Origin: Candidatus Altimarinota bacterium
GTDB taxonomy: Bacteria > Patescibacteriota > Gracilibacteria > UBA4473
NCBI GenBank assembly: GCA_965231215.1
Contig: OZ246423.1
Coordinates: 32,001 to 96,000 of the forward strand
Length of the DNA: 64,000 bases
Direction of reading: 5' to 3'
Of this stretch, positions 30,749 through 43,400 are shown piece after piece (positions within the stretch are counted from its first letter, which is position 1; every line of letters begins with the position of its first letter). Position numbers and translations under genes: made by a program. Under the pieces are notes generated by a model that searched no databases, was not told the origin of the DNA, and was given only the letters and a program-made list of their open reading frames with translations.

Positions 30749-32317
30749 TTAATATTTCTGGGCTCTTTCAGCATAAGATAAAATTTCTAATTCAGAAATA
30801 TCAGAAATTTGAGTCATACTTCGTGCCAAAAGCTTTGATAATTGGAGGTTTGTAAGCAGTGGAATATTTCTATCGACAGCTTTACGACGGATTAAATATC
30901 CATCAGAGATTTCTTCATGAGAAAACCTATTTGAGGTGTTTATAACCAGTCCTACCTCTTTATCCTCAATCATGTCTACCACGTTGGGATGGGCTCCAGA
31001 AGAAACTTTATGAACCATCTCACATTCATATCCATTGTCTTGTAAAAATTTGGCAGTGTTCTCAGTCCCTACAAAGCCAAACCCAAGACGGTAGAATTTT
31101 TTGGCAATAGGCAAAAAATTCGCTTTGTCTTTAATGGTTCCAAGCGTTACCAAAATCTTGGTTCCTTTCTCTGGCAGAGAAAATCCAATTGAGATCATAC
31201 TTTTTAAAAATGCTTCTTCCATCGTATCTCCAAAACAAGCCACTTCTCCAGTAGAGCTCATCTCTACGCCTAGGTTTGGATCAGCATTTTTGAGTCGAGA
31301 AAAAGAAAACTGTGCCGCTTTAAGCCCTACCGATTGAACTTCCAATGGGTTTTTTTCCTGTGGCTTGAGGGTTTCTCCCATCCAAATTCGTGTCGCAATA
31401 TCAATGAAATTTTGACTTAAAACTTTAGAAGCAAAAGGAAAACTCCGGCTGGCTCTTAGGTTGCATTCAATCACTTTAATTTCATTTTCTCGCGCCAAAA
31501 ACTGGATATTGAATGGTCCCGAAATATTTAGCCTTTTAGCTAATTTATTAGCAATTTGCCGAACTCTTCGCACCGTTTCTAAGTAGAGGTTTTGAGGAGG
31601 CAAAACAATCGTAGCATCTCCTGAGTGTACTCCAGCATTTTCAATATGTTCAGCAATAGCGGAGACAATAATTTCACCGTTTTGAGCCACTCCATCAAAT
31701 TCAATTTCCTTAGCGTTATCCAAAAATTTACTAATCACTACAGAACTTTTAGTCGTTCCTACCGCTGACTTTAGGTAACTTTCTAACATATCATGATCCA
31801 TCGCCACCGCCATAGCCGCTCCTGAAAGGACAAAACTTGGCCGGACTAAAACAGGGTAACCCACTTCATCAGCAAAACGGTAAGCCTCTTTTAGGTTTTC
31901 AAAGCTGGCCCAAGCTGGCTGATCAATTCCTAACTCATCACAAAGTGCTGAAAATTTTTCTCTGTCTTCACAAGCTTCCACAGACTCGACCGGGGTTCCT
32001 ATCAGATTTACTCCAAATTTATCCAACTCTACCGCCAAATTTTGCGCAATTTGCCCTCCCGTAGAAAAAATTACTCCATCCGGTTGTTCTTTATTATATA
32101 CGTCTAACACCCGTTCAAGAGTGAGTTCCTCAAAGTACAACCTATCGCATTCATCAAAATCAGTAGAGACGGTCTCTGGATTAGAATTAATAAAAATTGT
32201 TTCGTGCCCTAAACGTTTCAGTGTACGCAAAACCTGCACTCCACACCAATCAAATTCGACAGAACTACCAATACAATACGGGCCAGAACCAAGGATGAGA
32301 ATCTTTTTTTTCTTCAT
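30749..32317 (-). CDS. carB: Carbamoyl-phosphate synthase large chain, C-terminal half only (CarB2-like)
   Basis: LGSGPYCIGSSVEFDW, NPETVSTD, VRPSFVLSG, AGVHSGD, NLRASRS and a C-terminal MGS domain. It is 522 aa rather than ~1070. Confidence 0.88.
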   Translation of the reverse strand: MKKKKILILGSGPYCIGSSVEFDWCGVQVLRTLKRLGHETIFINSNPETVSTDFDECDRLYFEELTLERVLDVYNKEQPDGVIFSTGGQIAQNLAVELDKFGVNLIGTPVESVEACEDREKFSALCDELGIDQPAWASFENLKEAYRFADEVGYPVLVRPSFVLSGAAMAVAMDHDMLESYLKSAVGTTKSSVVISKFLDNAKEIEFDGVAQNGEIIVSAIAEHIENAGVHSGDATIVLPPQNLYLETVRRVRQIANKLAKRLNISGPFNIQFLARENEIKVIECNLRASRSFPFASKVLSQNFIDIATRIWMGETLKPQEKNPLEVQSVGLKAAQFSFSRLKNADPNLGVEMSSTGEVACFGDTMEEAFLKSMISIGFSLPEKGTKILVTLGTIKDKANFLPIAKKFYRLGFGFVGTENTAKFLQDNGYECEMVHKVSSGAHPNVVDMIEDKEVGLVINTSNRFSHEEISDGYLIRRKAVDRNIPLLTNLQLSKLLARSMTQISDISELEILSYAERAQKY

Positions 32318-32604
32318 TTTTTCGACTTGTTAAGTGTTTCAGTGTTAAAATCAGAGTATACTTTTCCTTCTGGCTCCACTGCCAATTGCCCAAAAAGCAA
32401 TTCGCTGGATTTTTTTTGTATTTCTAAAAAATATTTTTGACCAACTACCTCCTTTTTAACTATGAATCTTTTTATATCAACCACTTTTATCTGACCTAAA
32501 ATTACTGGATTTTTTGAATTCATTGGATTCCTAATCTTTTCATTTTTTACAATTTTCTCCTTTAATTCATTCCATTGATCCAAAAGTTTAGTAACAAAGT
32601 CCAT
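32314..32604 (-). CDS. Hypothetical protein
   Basis: 96-aa ORF with an ATGA overlap into the carB half. It is the only credible gene in the window seen to end in TGA. Confidence 0.5.
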   Translation of the reverse strand: MDFVTKLLDQWNELKEKIVKNEKIRNPMNSKNPVILGQIKVVDIKRFIVKKEVVGQKYFLEIQKKSSELLFGQLAVEPEGKVYSDFNTETLNKSKK

Positions 32605-32673
32605 TTCCAGAAGATTTTACAAAAAAAATTTTTGGAGTGAAAATGATTTTTAGCAAAAATTATTTAGAGCTCA

Positions 32674-33105
32674 TTATTCAAACAACGCCAAAGATTCATA
32701 AGGATCGTTTTTCAAAGATTCTAAACGAGATTGTAAATTCCCTACATGTAACTCAAGTTTATGCCCATCAGGATCTAAAAAATAAAATGAATCACCTTCA
32801 CTTCTATTCTTTTTAAATTCAGTAACTCTAGCCGTTCTTAGTCTTTTAACTATAATTGGAAAATTTTCAGGAGAAACGGTAAATGCATAATGCGTGTAGC
32901 TACCTCTTTCTTCTAAATTAAGTGTATTATTGTCCAAACTCAGACAAACCCAGAGCCCTCCTAACTCTAAATAAGCTCCACTTTCCCAACGAGCTTTTAA
33001 TTGTGCGTTGAGCAAGTCTTCATAAAAATTCACAGATTTATCTACGTCACTAACCGCTAAGGTTAAATGATTAAAGCCTTCAATCAATGATGATTTTATT
33101 TCCAT
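32674..33105 (-). CDS. fosA: FosA-family fosfomycin resistance glutathione transferase (VOC superfamily)
   Basis: NHLTLAVSD, W..GAYL..G.LW.CLSLD, YTHYAF and KNRSEGDSFYFLDPDGHKLELHVGNLQSRL motifs. Confidence 0.8.
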   Translation of the reverse strand: MEIKSSLIEGFNHLTLAVSDVDKSVNFYEDLLNAQLKARWESGAYLELGGLWVCLSLDNNTLNLEERGSYTHYAFTVSPENFPIIVKRLRTARVTEFKKNRSEGDSFYFLDPDGHKLELHVGNLQSRLESLKNDPYESLALFE

Positions 33106-33352
33106 AATGTAGAATAATTCTCCCCATCTAAAACGATTCCGTCAAAAAAATACTGAGATTCCGTATAAATTTTGAAATGAACTAAAGACGGGAAAAAACC
33201 AAGATCCCACTCCGAGTTATCAATCTAAAATTTAAACTTGAAGATTTCAAGTTTGCAAAATTTGGAAATCAAAGTTATTTTTTTAGAAATTGTTTCATAG
33301 AGGGTTTTTTTTGGGTTCGTTTTTTGATCACATAAAAAATGAACACACACAT

Positions 33353-34138
33353 ATGAATTTTGAAAAAATTACTTCAGCCCAAAACCCCAAAATCAAACAC
33401 GTAAAGCGTTTAAGCCACTCTGTAAAGGACCGCAAGAAGGAAGGCCAAACTATTTTAGATGGATTTCACCTTATACAAGAAGCGTGTCAAAAAGGGTTTG
33501 AAGACCAAATTGAATTTATGGTGATTACTGAAAAATTCAAAGGGGCTTTAGAATTCAAATCTTTAACACCAGTCCAACCGGTATTAGAAATCCCAGAAAG
33601 TCTAATGACGACCATTGCCCCTACTAAATCCCCTAGTGGAATCTTAGCCGTCTTTAATATTCCCAAAACCCCTCCTATACAAACCCCCAAAGCCATTGTG
33701 TGTATAGACCAAATACAAGATCCAGGGAATCTGGGTACTATCTTGAGAAGTTGTACTGCCACTGGCGTTGTGAATGTTTATTGTAGCCCAGGCACTGTAG
33801 AGGTGTGGTCTCCAAAAGTATTACGAGCTGCTATGGGCGCTCATTTTTATGTTCATATCCAAGAAAATTCAAACCTATCAGAGGCGCTTAGAGACTTTAA
33901 AGGAAATATCTATGGCACCTTTATGAACGGAAATACGAACCTCTTTAATACCCCATTTGAAATCCCTTCAGCTTTTGTCCTAGGCAACGAAGGCCAAGGT
34001 ATTTCTAAGGAAGTTGAAGCCGTTTGCACTCATAAACTTTCAATCCCTATGCACAATAATTTTGAAAGTCTCAATGTAGCTACTTCTGCTACGGTGTGTC
34101 TGTATGAGTTTTACCGACAAACCGGTCAAGTCGATTAA
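33353..34138 (+). CDS. TrmH/SpoU family RNA methyltransferase
   Basis: ITS.QNP, QDPGNLGTILR, GNEGQG and ESLNV motifs. Start reassigned to ATG 33353. Confidence 0.9.
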   Translation: MNFEKITSAQNPKIKHVKRLSHSVKDRKKEGQTILDGFHLIQEACQKGFEDQIEFMVITEKFKGALEFKSLTPVQPVLEIPESLMTTIAPTKSPSGILAVFNIPKTPPIQTPKAIVCIDQIQDPGNLGTILRSCTATGVVNVYCSPGTVEVWSPKVLRAAMGAHFYVHIQENSNLSEALRDFKGNIYGTFMNGNTNLFNTPFEIPSAFVLGNEGQGISKEVEAVCTHKLSIPMHNNFESLNVATSATVCLYEFYRQTGQVD

Positions 34139-35027
34139 TTTTATACATTTCACAAAAACTTTTCACTTTCTCGCTGTATGGAGCTTTAAAGCTCAGCGTG
34201 TTTTTTGAACCTACAAAAATTTTCCCCATAATCAAAAAATGTAATCGCTCCCCTATGATGTACTCTGCATTTTGAAAAGCTGAGATACATTCCTTTTTGT
34301 TTTTAGGGGTCCAGACCTTTCCTGGGAAATTTTTAGGAACAAAGTTTTTATCCCCTGGCTGAAACGGTACATACACAAATTCATAGCCTTTTAAATTATT
34401 CAAAGCCAAATTCCAAATAGCTGCATCAATATCAGAAAGCGCGTTAAACAAGACTACTTTTTGTACCTTTGGTGGAAATTTTTGGGATTTATCTAGGGAA
34501 ACTAAAACACGATCTTGGGTAACCTCAAAATTCCTGATTCCCCATTCACGCAAAGCCAAAGCTGACCGGTCATCCCGAACCGAGATATAATCAACTCGTG
34601 AAAACACATACTTCGCACACCACTTAGACGCCCATCCAAGATGAGAATCTACCCCTTGATACTCCATTAGGATGGGGGCTTTCGGGCACAAATACTGACA
34701 CCACCTAAAGACCACATACCACAAAAAACACGCTCTGAATTTAATGGCAAAAAGCCCCCCCCCTACAAACACAATTTTATCCACTCTTTCTCTCAGTGAG
34801 TAAATCTGCTTTCGGTAATTTTTATCCCTCAAAAACTTCCAAAAACTTCTCACCGCTGTTGGCGGCATTAAAGAGGTCTGAAATCTCCCCTCACAAAAAG
34901 TTCTAGACCCCTCAGGGTTAGTGGTCATCACGATAGGATCATTATAGCTCTCCAGCGCTGAAGCAAGAATCATCTCATCCCCAATATTGCCCGCTCCAAA
35001 GTTTCCTATCAGTAGTGTTTTTGGCAT
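34089..35027 (-). CDS. Polysaccharide pyruvyl transferase (CsaB-like)
   Basis: GNFGAGNIGDE, GGGLF, ISVRD..S, RLH and YSEKV motifs. Confidence 0.82.
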   Translation of the reverse strand: MPKTLLIGNFGAGNIGDEMILASALESYNDPIVMTTNPEGSRTFCEGRFQTSLMPPTAVRSFWKFLRDKNYRKQIYSLRERVDKIVFVGGGLFAIKFRACFLWYVVFRWCQYLCPKAPILMEYQGVDSHLGWASKWCAKYVFSRVDYISVRDDRSALALREWGIRNFEVTQDRVLVSLDKSQKFPPKVQKVVLFNALSDIDAAIWNLALNNLKGYEFVYVPFQPGDKNFVPKNFPGKVWTPKNKKECISAFQNAEYIIGERLHFLIMGKIFVGSKNTLSFKAPYSEKVKSFCEMYKINRLDRFVGKTHTDTP

Positions 35028-35207
35028 TGATACAATTTTCTATACAAATAATAAATTTTGCAACCCTAAAGGATTGATCCATCTATTTTCTAAAGATTGT
35101 ATAAGCTTTGTTTCAAAATTCTGAAAACACACACAACATTTAAAACTTAATAAAATTTCAACTTTAAAAGAGTTTAGGTTAAAATAACATTAAATTTTTT
35201 TTATTTT

Positions 35208-35459
35208 GTGCCAAATCCTATGCAAAAATTACATCGGTCAGCTCACAAAAAAAATAACAAAAAACAAAATCCTTTTTATCTAGATCCCAATGCACAAGCC
35301 GTAATCACAGCGTGCGAAAGTCTCGGTCTAGATCCCTACAATATTGAAGTGTCAAAAAAAGATCAGAACGTTCAACAAATCTGTCACAAAGCACTAGAGA
35401 ACATTGGCGTTATGCCTGACTCTACAATCCAAATCCTAGAACGACTAAAAAAAGCATAA
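35208..35459 (+). CDS. Hypothetical protein
   Basis: 83-aa ORF abutting the next gene. Confidence 0.45.
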   Translation: MPNPMQKLHRSAHKKNNKKQNPFYLDPNAQAVITACESLGLDPYNIEVSKKDQNVQQICHKALENIGVMPDSTIQILERLKKA

Positions 35460-35460
35460 A

Positions 35461-35925
35461 TTGACAAAACAAAGAAAAAATAATAAAAAGATAAAGATGA
35501 GATTTATTTATTATATGGAAAACACTGGCGGCGGGTTTAATAGTGGTGGAGACCACCGCTCTCCTAAAGATATACCCGATTATATAGGTATGGGAGAAAG
35601 CCATTTTAAAAAAATATCAGAAGACAATGCTCGTTTAATAAAAGAGGTTTTAGAAGACAAGATTGCAAAAAATTTTCCTGAAACCTTATCCAGAATTACA
35701 CCTTTAGAATCAACTATAAACAGGCTTATCCATGAAGCCTTAGGGGGCCCCAAAAGTTTAACTGAATCTATACGCGATCAAATTCAAAAAACTATTCGGA
35801 CACCAGAACATAATATTGAAAAGATTATATCAGACGCTAAAAAAACTACAGGCATGGCAAGCCATTTTGTAGCCTATATGGTGGCGTATTTTTTACATGA
35901 AATGTCCAAAACTAAAAAATCCTAA
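35461..35925 (+). CDS. Hypothetical protein with RFIY N-terminal motif
   Basis: 154-aa ORF, with an alternative ATG start at 35497 (MRFIYY). Confidence 0.55.
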   Translation: MTKQRKNNKKIKMRFIYYMENTGGGFNSGGDHRSPKDIPDYIGMGESHFKKISEDNARLIKEVLEDKIAKNFPETLSRITPLESTINRLIHEALGGPKSLTESIRDQIQKTIRTPEHNIEKIISDAKKTTGMASHFVAYMVAYFLHEMSKTKKS

Positions 35926-36896
35926 TACAAATAATCCCGCTTGTTTTGGTTATGTTCTTCTAAAGTTCTACCAAAGTGAATCTGTCCAGTAGGATCATGC
36001 AGGTAATAATAGAACTCGGTATCTACCGGGTAAGTAGCAGCTTTTAGAGATTCTAGTCCAGGATTAGAAATGGCGGTTGGCGGCAACCCTAATTTTCGAC
36101 GAGTATTATAGGGTGAATCTGTTTCAAAATCAGCTGCATAAAGGGGACCTTTCCAGTCATTTTTTTCATATCGAGTGGTCGCATCTATACCTAAAGGAAT
36201 GCCTTCATCCAGGCGTTTCCAGATAACCCCAGAAATTTTTTGTTTTTCTTCATAACTATCCCCAAAAGCTTCACGCTCAATCATAGAAGCCACTATCACT
36301 ACGGCCTCTAGACTTCTACCATTTTTATTAATATCAGCTTTAAGCGCGGCTATTTTTTGCTGAAACGTTTTATAGAGTTGGGCAATAAAACGTTTAGAGG
36401 TAAACCCCTCATACGCAACAAAATAGGTAGAAGGAAACAAATATCCCTCCAAAGTAGGAATTCTGAATCCTAAATCACACTGGTTTACACATGCGTTAAA
36501 GGCCCCTACTTCAGTTAACCCTTTTTTGGCTAGAAGGGAGTCAATCTGATCTACCGTATAGCCTTCTGGAATAGTAATTTTGATTTCGGCAGAGCGCCCA
36601 TTTTGTAATACTTCAACTAACTCAGAAAAAGTAAGGTTTTTTTGCAGAATATATTCTCCTGCCTGAAGTTTATTCCCCAGCCCTTGATAGGTCACAAACC
36701 AACGAAAAACCAAAGGATCGGCAATAAGTTCTTTGTCTTCTAATATTTGGACAATACGCTTCAGGCTACTGCCTGGTTTGATTTCAACTGGCACACGAGC
36801 GGTAGAATCAGAATTGGGTCTATCCCAGTGATATAAAACTCTACCACCAAAGTAGAGACAAGCCAGCAATAAAACAAAAACTAAATACTTTTTCAT
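35922..36896 (-). CDS. mltG: Endolytic transglycosylase MltG
   Basis: ITIPEG, LEGYLFP.TY, ASMIERE, SPYNT..GLPPTAISNPG and YYYLH motifs. Confidence 0.93.
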   Translation of the reverse strand: MKKYLVFVLLLACLYFGGRVLYHWDRPNSDSTARVPVEIKPGSSLKRIVQILEDKELIADPLVFRWFVTYQGLGNKLQAGEYILQKNLTFSELVEVLQNGRSAEIKITIPEGYTVDQIDSLLAKKGLTEVGAFNACVNQCDLGFRIPTLEGYLFPSTYFVAYEGFTSKRFIAQLYKTFQQKIAALKADINKNGRSLEAVVIVASMIEREAFGDSYEEKQKISGVIWKRLDEGIPLGIDATTRYEKNDWKGPLYAADFETDSPYNTRRKLGLPPTAISNPGLESLKAATYPVDTEFYYYLHDPTGQIHFGRTLEEHNQNKRDYLY

Positions 36897-36909
36897 TGAT
36901 TGTTGTGAG

Positions 36910-37038
36910 ACAAAAATTTCTTACAAATTATTTTGGACGAGGCCGTAAGAAAAAATTTTAATGAGCAATAATAGTATTACCTATTGTGAATGAATTTTTT
37001 TGAGAATAACAAAGCCCAAGATTATTTGCAGGAATTTT
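36910..37038. repeat. Palindromic intergenic repeat family B, copy 2
   Basis: gacgaggc...aaaaatttt...gagcaata...tattgtga...aatttttt...aacaaagc imperfect hairpin. Confidence 0.4.
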
Positions 37039-37039
37039 A

Positions 37040-37327
37040 CTACATTCCCATACCTCCCATAATGTGTTTCATCTTTTCAGCCGCTACTTGTTGCGCTTTT
37101 TTGAAGGCTTTATTACAAGCTTCCATAAAAGATTTTTCAAGTTTTCGCGGATCAGACAAGATAGCCTCATCTAGGATTTCTACTTTTACAATTTCTTGCT
37201 CTCCCGTAACGGTTACTTTTACACCGCTAGCCTCAGAAAAGATGTGAGTATTAGCGAGCTCTTTTTTAATTTTTTTAGCTTCTTTTTGGAGCTTGTACAT
37301 GTCTCCCATTTGTCCGAACATTCCCAT
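37040..37327 (-). CDS. YbaB/EbfC nucleoid-associated protein
   Basis: GVKVTVTGEQEI pattern, 95 aa, Met/Gly-rich ends. Confidence 0.88.
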   Translation of the reverse strand: MGMFGQMGDMYKLQKEAKKIKKELANTHIFSEASGVKVTVTGEQEIVKVEILDEAILSDPRKLEKSFMEACNKAFKKAQQVAAEKMKHIMGGMGM

Positions 37328-37403
37328 GATTTTTGTAGGTTAGATTTTAAACAATTCGCCCTCATAGTAATCCCCTCTTTTTTTTTGTAAAATTTTGTGA
37401 TGA

Positions 37404-39374
<1,971 letters not shown>

Positions 39375-39379
39375 AAAGC

Positions 39380-39530
39380 ACGGGTTGAAACCTAAGGTTT
39401 CCCCCGTGAGCCCCCTTCCTGAAAATATATTATTTAATTAATGAGTGAGTTTAAGGTCTCGTGGTTTCCTTAAACGAACGAATACAAATTTCAGGGGGAT
39501 AACATAAGGGGGAGCATCCCCCTTATGACA
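39380..39530. repeat. Intergenic repeat family C, copy 1 (also acts as a terminator region)
   Basis: Shares aggtctcgtggttt and a ggata...ggg..ccc hairpin with 46225-46305. Confidence 0.5.
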
Positions 39531-40394
39531 CTAATCTACATCAAATATCTGCCTCAATACTCCATCCACTATTTTATATTGGAAGCGTTTGTTTTTACTC
39601 TCAAAGTCTCTTTTTACAAAAGAAATCATAGTCTGATCAGCTATATAACGGATTCTTAAATTTTCTTCAAAAACTCCACGAAGTGCAGGATCAAACTGGT
39701 ATTTAATATTTTTCTCTTCACAAAAAGAGATCATATTAAGCGTATGTTCATAGGCATCACACTGAATCATACAGTTTACTTTGTGCTTCTTACAGGCTGC
39801 ATCTAGCCGATCTAACTTTCCAAGGATAGTAGAACCCTTTATAGTTTTATGCAGCCCATAGGGATCAATTACTCCTACGATATGATGAGGCGCATAAGGA
39901 TTTTTATCTATAGCTTCTATGAGTTTTGCAGCTACTGGGTTAGCTCCGATAATAAGCGTTTGATAGAGAAACAAATTTCGAGACTTTTGCCACATTAATA
40001 AAAATCGGAAAACCCACTGACTTATTAGTAGAAAGCTTACCCCAAAGACAATAATATAAATATTAATCAGACGAGAAAAAAACAGTTCCTGATTAAAGAA
40101 ATAGATAATCACCAAAAAACTACTGGCAATAATTCCTCCACACAAAATTAAAGCCAGATCAAAAAACACTCGTTTCCCAGACCTTGGGGGGATTCTGTAG
40201 TATTTTGCAAATCCAAGAAACCCGATCCAAGTAAGGGTAGCTAAAATACTAGCATAAGCATAAGGGGTAAAATCAAAGTCCGTTGAAAATATCCACCCTA
40301 CTCTCACAAAATAGGCCAAAAAGAATGCCCCCAAAACCCCTAATATATCTATCAGAATATGTAGTGTTCGCAAAATTATCCAGTGTTTAAGCAT
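39531..40394 (-). CDS. Protein resembling the N-terminal TM + CoA-binding part of priming sugar transferases (WcaJ/CpsE-like), lacking the catalytic domain
   Basis: Four TM helices and TLIIGA...IVGVID...ILGKLD.L. It ends at KIVDGVLRQIFD, where the Bac_transf domain would begin. Confidence 0.65.
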   Translation of the reverse strand: MLKHWIILRTLHILIDILGVLGAFFLAYFVRVGWIFSTDFDFTPYAYASILATLTWIGFLGFAKYYRIPPRSGKRVFFDLALILCGGIIASSFLVIIYFFNQELFFSRLINIYIIVFGVSFLLISQWVFRFLLMWQKSRNLFLYQTLIIGANPVAAKLIEAIDKNPYAPHHIVGVIDPYGLHKTIKGSTILGKLDRLDAACKKHKVNCMIQCDAYEHTLNMISFCEEKNIKYQFDPALRGVFEENLRIRYIADQTMISFVKRDFESKNKRFQYKIVDGVLRQIFDVD

Positions 40395-40420
40395 AAGCGA
40401 TCTTATTGTACTAAAGATAA

Positions 40421-40455
40421 AAAAAAACTCGAGACTGAAATTGCCTCGAGTTTTT
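40421..40455. terminator. Rho-independent terminator
   Basis: aaaaaactcgag...ctcgagttttt hairpin. Confidence 0.7.
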
Positions 40456-40476
40456 GTTTAAAACTTTTTAAAGCGT

Positions 40477-43400
40477 TTATTTTGGTGCAGCAGCACCATC
40501 ATTTCCATCATTTCCATCTCCATCATTTCCATCTTTATTATGAACTAGCACTCCATCAGCATAAAAAGTATGGTATTGAGACACTTTACTAAGATTATAC
40601 GTTTGAACTTCACCTTCAACGTAGTCAACAGATTTGAGTTCTACCGATCCTTCTAAGAGTTGAATTACATCCCCAATCTCTAGCATAGCCACGCCGAGTT
40701 GATGATCTTCCTCTGTTTTTTGTGGATCAAGCGAAGCCCAAGTCTGAGTCCCATCTGCCTTAGTTACGTATACTGGATGCTCTGAAGTAACTCGTAAAAG
40801 ATCATTGTTGAATTTGTAGTATCCTTCCCTTACTGGTGTTTCAAGTTTCAAGACTTGTGCCATAACAGTTTCACCATTTTTTTCGTTATAAGCCAGAACT
40901 TCATCTCCCAATATTATGTCTTCAATCTTTTTAATACTCTGGTCTGCCATCGTAATTTTGGTTCCAGCGGGAAAACAACAAGGTTCAGGTTTTGGACGTT
41001 TACGTGGTGTACACGGTTCACGAGTATCCTCTGCAGGTCCAAGAGGCTTTCCATTTTTGAACTTTCTTTCCCACCAAGTTTTTGTTCGTCTACTACAAAA
41101 CCTTGCATATTTAATTTTATCATCTTTTTTTTCTTTAGGCTTACTAGGCTTACTAGTTTTCTTGGGACATTCGACACCAGTACTAATCCATTTCCCCCAT
41201 GATCCCCAAGTACCTTTGCGAGTTTTACAACGAGTTCTTTTGCACCAGAAACCATTTCTACAAACTCGTTGTGTTTGACAAACTCGACCTTTTCTCCGAA
41301 CTTCTTTAGTTTTTGGTTTTTTAGAAGTTTTTGGTTTTTTAGAAACTCTTTTAACGACTTCTACTCTTGATTTTTTAGAAACTCTTTTAACGACTCTTGG
41401 TTTTCTGGGTTTTACTGGTTTTGGACTAGAGTATGGCGCTCCGTATTTTTCAAGGGGGATAACAATAAGGTTTCCTTCACATCCATTATCCATTTGAGCA
41501 ACCAACATAGTCACTCCATTTCTTCGTGAAATAGTCACGTTTTTAAGGGTAAAGTCTCCAGCTGTTTCCAAACTCATATCATTCCATCTATCTCCTTTCC
41601 CCGTTAAAACATGAAGCCGTTTTCCAGCAATACTACCGTATTCTTTTCCCCCGATCGTAATTGCACCATTTTTAAGCCATTCTCCAACACTTGCTGTCGT
41701 TCCTCGGTTCATATCTCTTTCTAGACCAGCTTTAGAGTTCGGGCCTTGTAGCGATTGAGCGGCTCCAAGAAGCCCTCGTTCAACAAAGTAACTTCTGGTA
41801 TCTCTTCCTTTGGCTTGAGCAATAGCTTTCTTAACCACTACATTATTGTTTAATTGTTCCATTATTTTTACCATGAGCGCTTGAGCTTCTGGCGTAGCCC
41901 CTATTCCCATTTTTTCTACTCGATATACAAGATATTGAGCGACTCGATTACGCCCATCAAGGCCACCAGCTTGATCAAGTCTTGTCATAGCTGCTAGACC
42001 ATCAATGTCTTTAACTCCTGCGGTCGTAATAAGGCTATCAATTTTAGCTTTAGTAGCCGCTGGAATATTTTCACTACTTCGGGCAATAACCACTTCTGTT
42101 TCATATTTTTCTAGAATTTTGGCTAATCTTCCATCTTTTCCAGCGGTCTTGATAGCCTCACGAGTTTTCGGCCCAATTTTGGCGTCTACACCTCCCGTAT
42201 CAAGACCTTCTTTATTAAGTTCTTTTTGTACAAATTTAATAAATTCTGTACGTTTTGGTCCTCGCATAAGACTGACCCTGCTTTTAAAATCAGCAAGCGT
42301 TACATCTCCGTATTCAATTTTTTCAGTGGTTGGAGCGACCGTATCTACTTGATCTTTAGTCGTAGGAGTAGTAGTATCTACTGGATTGACTTTAGTAGTG
42401 TCATTTCCAAGTTTCTCAGTAATCCTTTGGATAGCGGCTTCTACAGCTGCACGGGTTTTTTTGCCAACTTTACCATCGATATCATCGGCCTCATTCCCAG
42501 AATCACTTAGTTTAAATCCTTGTTCTCGGAGCCATCTTTGAGCTTCTTTCACAGAACCTTCTGTTGGAAGCTCTTTAATGCCTTTTAGTTCTTCTAGTTT
42601 TTCTTTTAGTTTTTCTTTTGGAGTATTCTTGAGATATTCATCAAAATTCCCTCCTGTACTTACTACTTCAGAAGCCACTGCACCAGAACCTTCTAAGGTT
42701 TTAATAGCGGCTTCAAGTTGAGTAATCCATTCAAAGTTATAATACTCTACTTCAGGGAAATCTTTTTGTTTATCAGCGCTTAGACTATTATATCCCTCTT
42801 GATAAGCTTCAAGAGCTGCTTTAAGTTCCGCTACATCGGCACTTACTACCTTAACATTTTCTTCGTTAATTATATTTTGAATAACCACACGCTTCTTTGC
42901 GTCTACTCTTGTATATTTTTTCAAAAGTTCTTGTGAGAGGTCAATAAGTTTATTCTCAATATTTTTAATATTTTTAACATTTTTTATAATTTCATCCGAT
43001 TCATAGGCATCAATTTTTTCTTTTAGTGGTAGCAGTTCCGTTAGTACAGAAAAAGAATCAAGCTGAGAATCCTTAAATTCTCCATTAGCCAAATTAAAAG
43101 CCACAATCGCATTATAAGCCTCTTGATAAAGAAACTTAGCTGTTTTAATATTGTCTTTATGAATTTTTTCCAAAAATTTATCTTGAGTAGCTTTTATTTG
43201 TTTTTCAGCCTCTCCTCTCAAGGTTTGAAGTTCTTCAAGCTTTTCTTTTGGAATTTCTGATCTATCTCTACTATCACTCGGAGTTGCCTCTTTAAATTCT
43301 GATGCCTTGGCAGAGATAGAAAAAATACTTTTTCTCTCTTCTGCAAACTTAGCTTCTTCGTGAAGTTTTTCAGTTTCTAGTTGTAGAAAGGTCTGTAGTT

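Noticed and set aside
40537-40977. Canonical splicing intein
   Set aside because: There is no endonuclease, the +1 residue is Lys, the host is not a conserved enzyme and the C-extein is only 19 aa. It is treated as a BIL/Hint domain.
40490-41400. Short tandem repeats as a possible CRISPR array
   Set aside because: They are in-frame coding repeats (DGN, VVKRVSKK) without unique spacers, and no cas genes are present.
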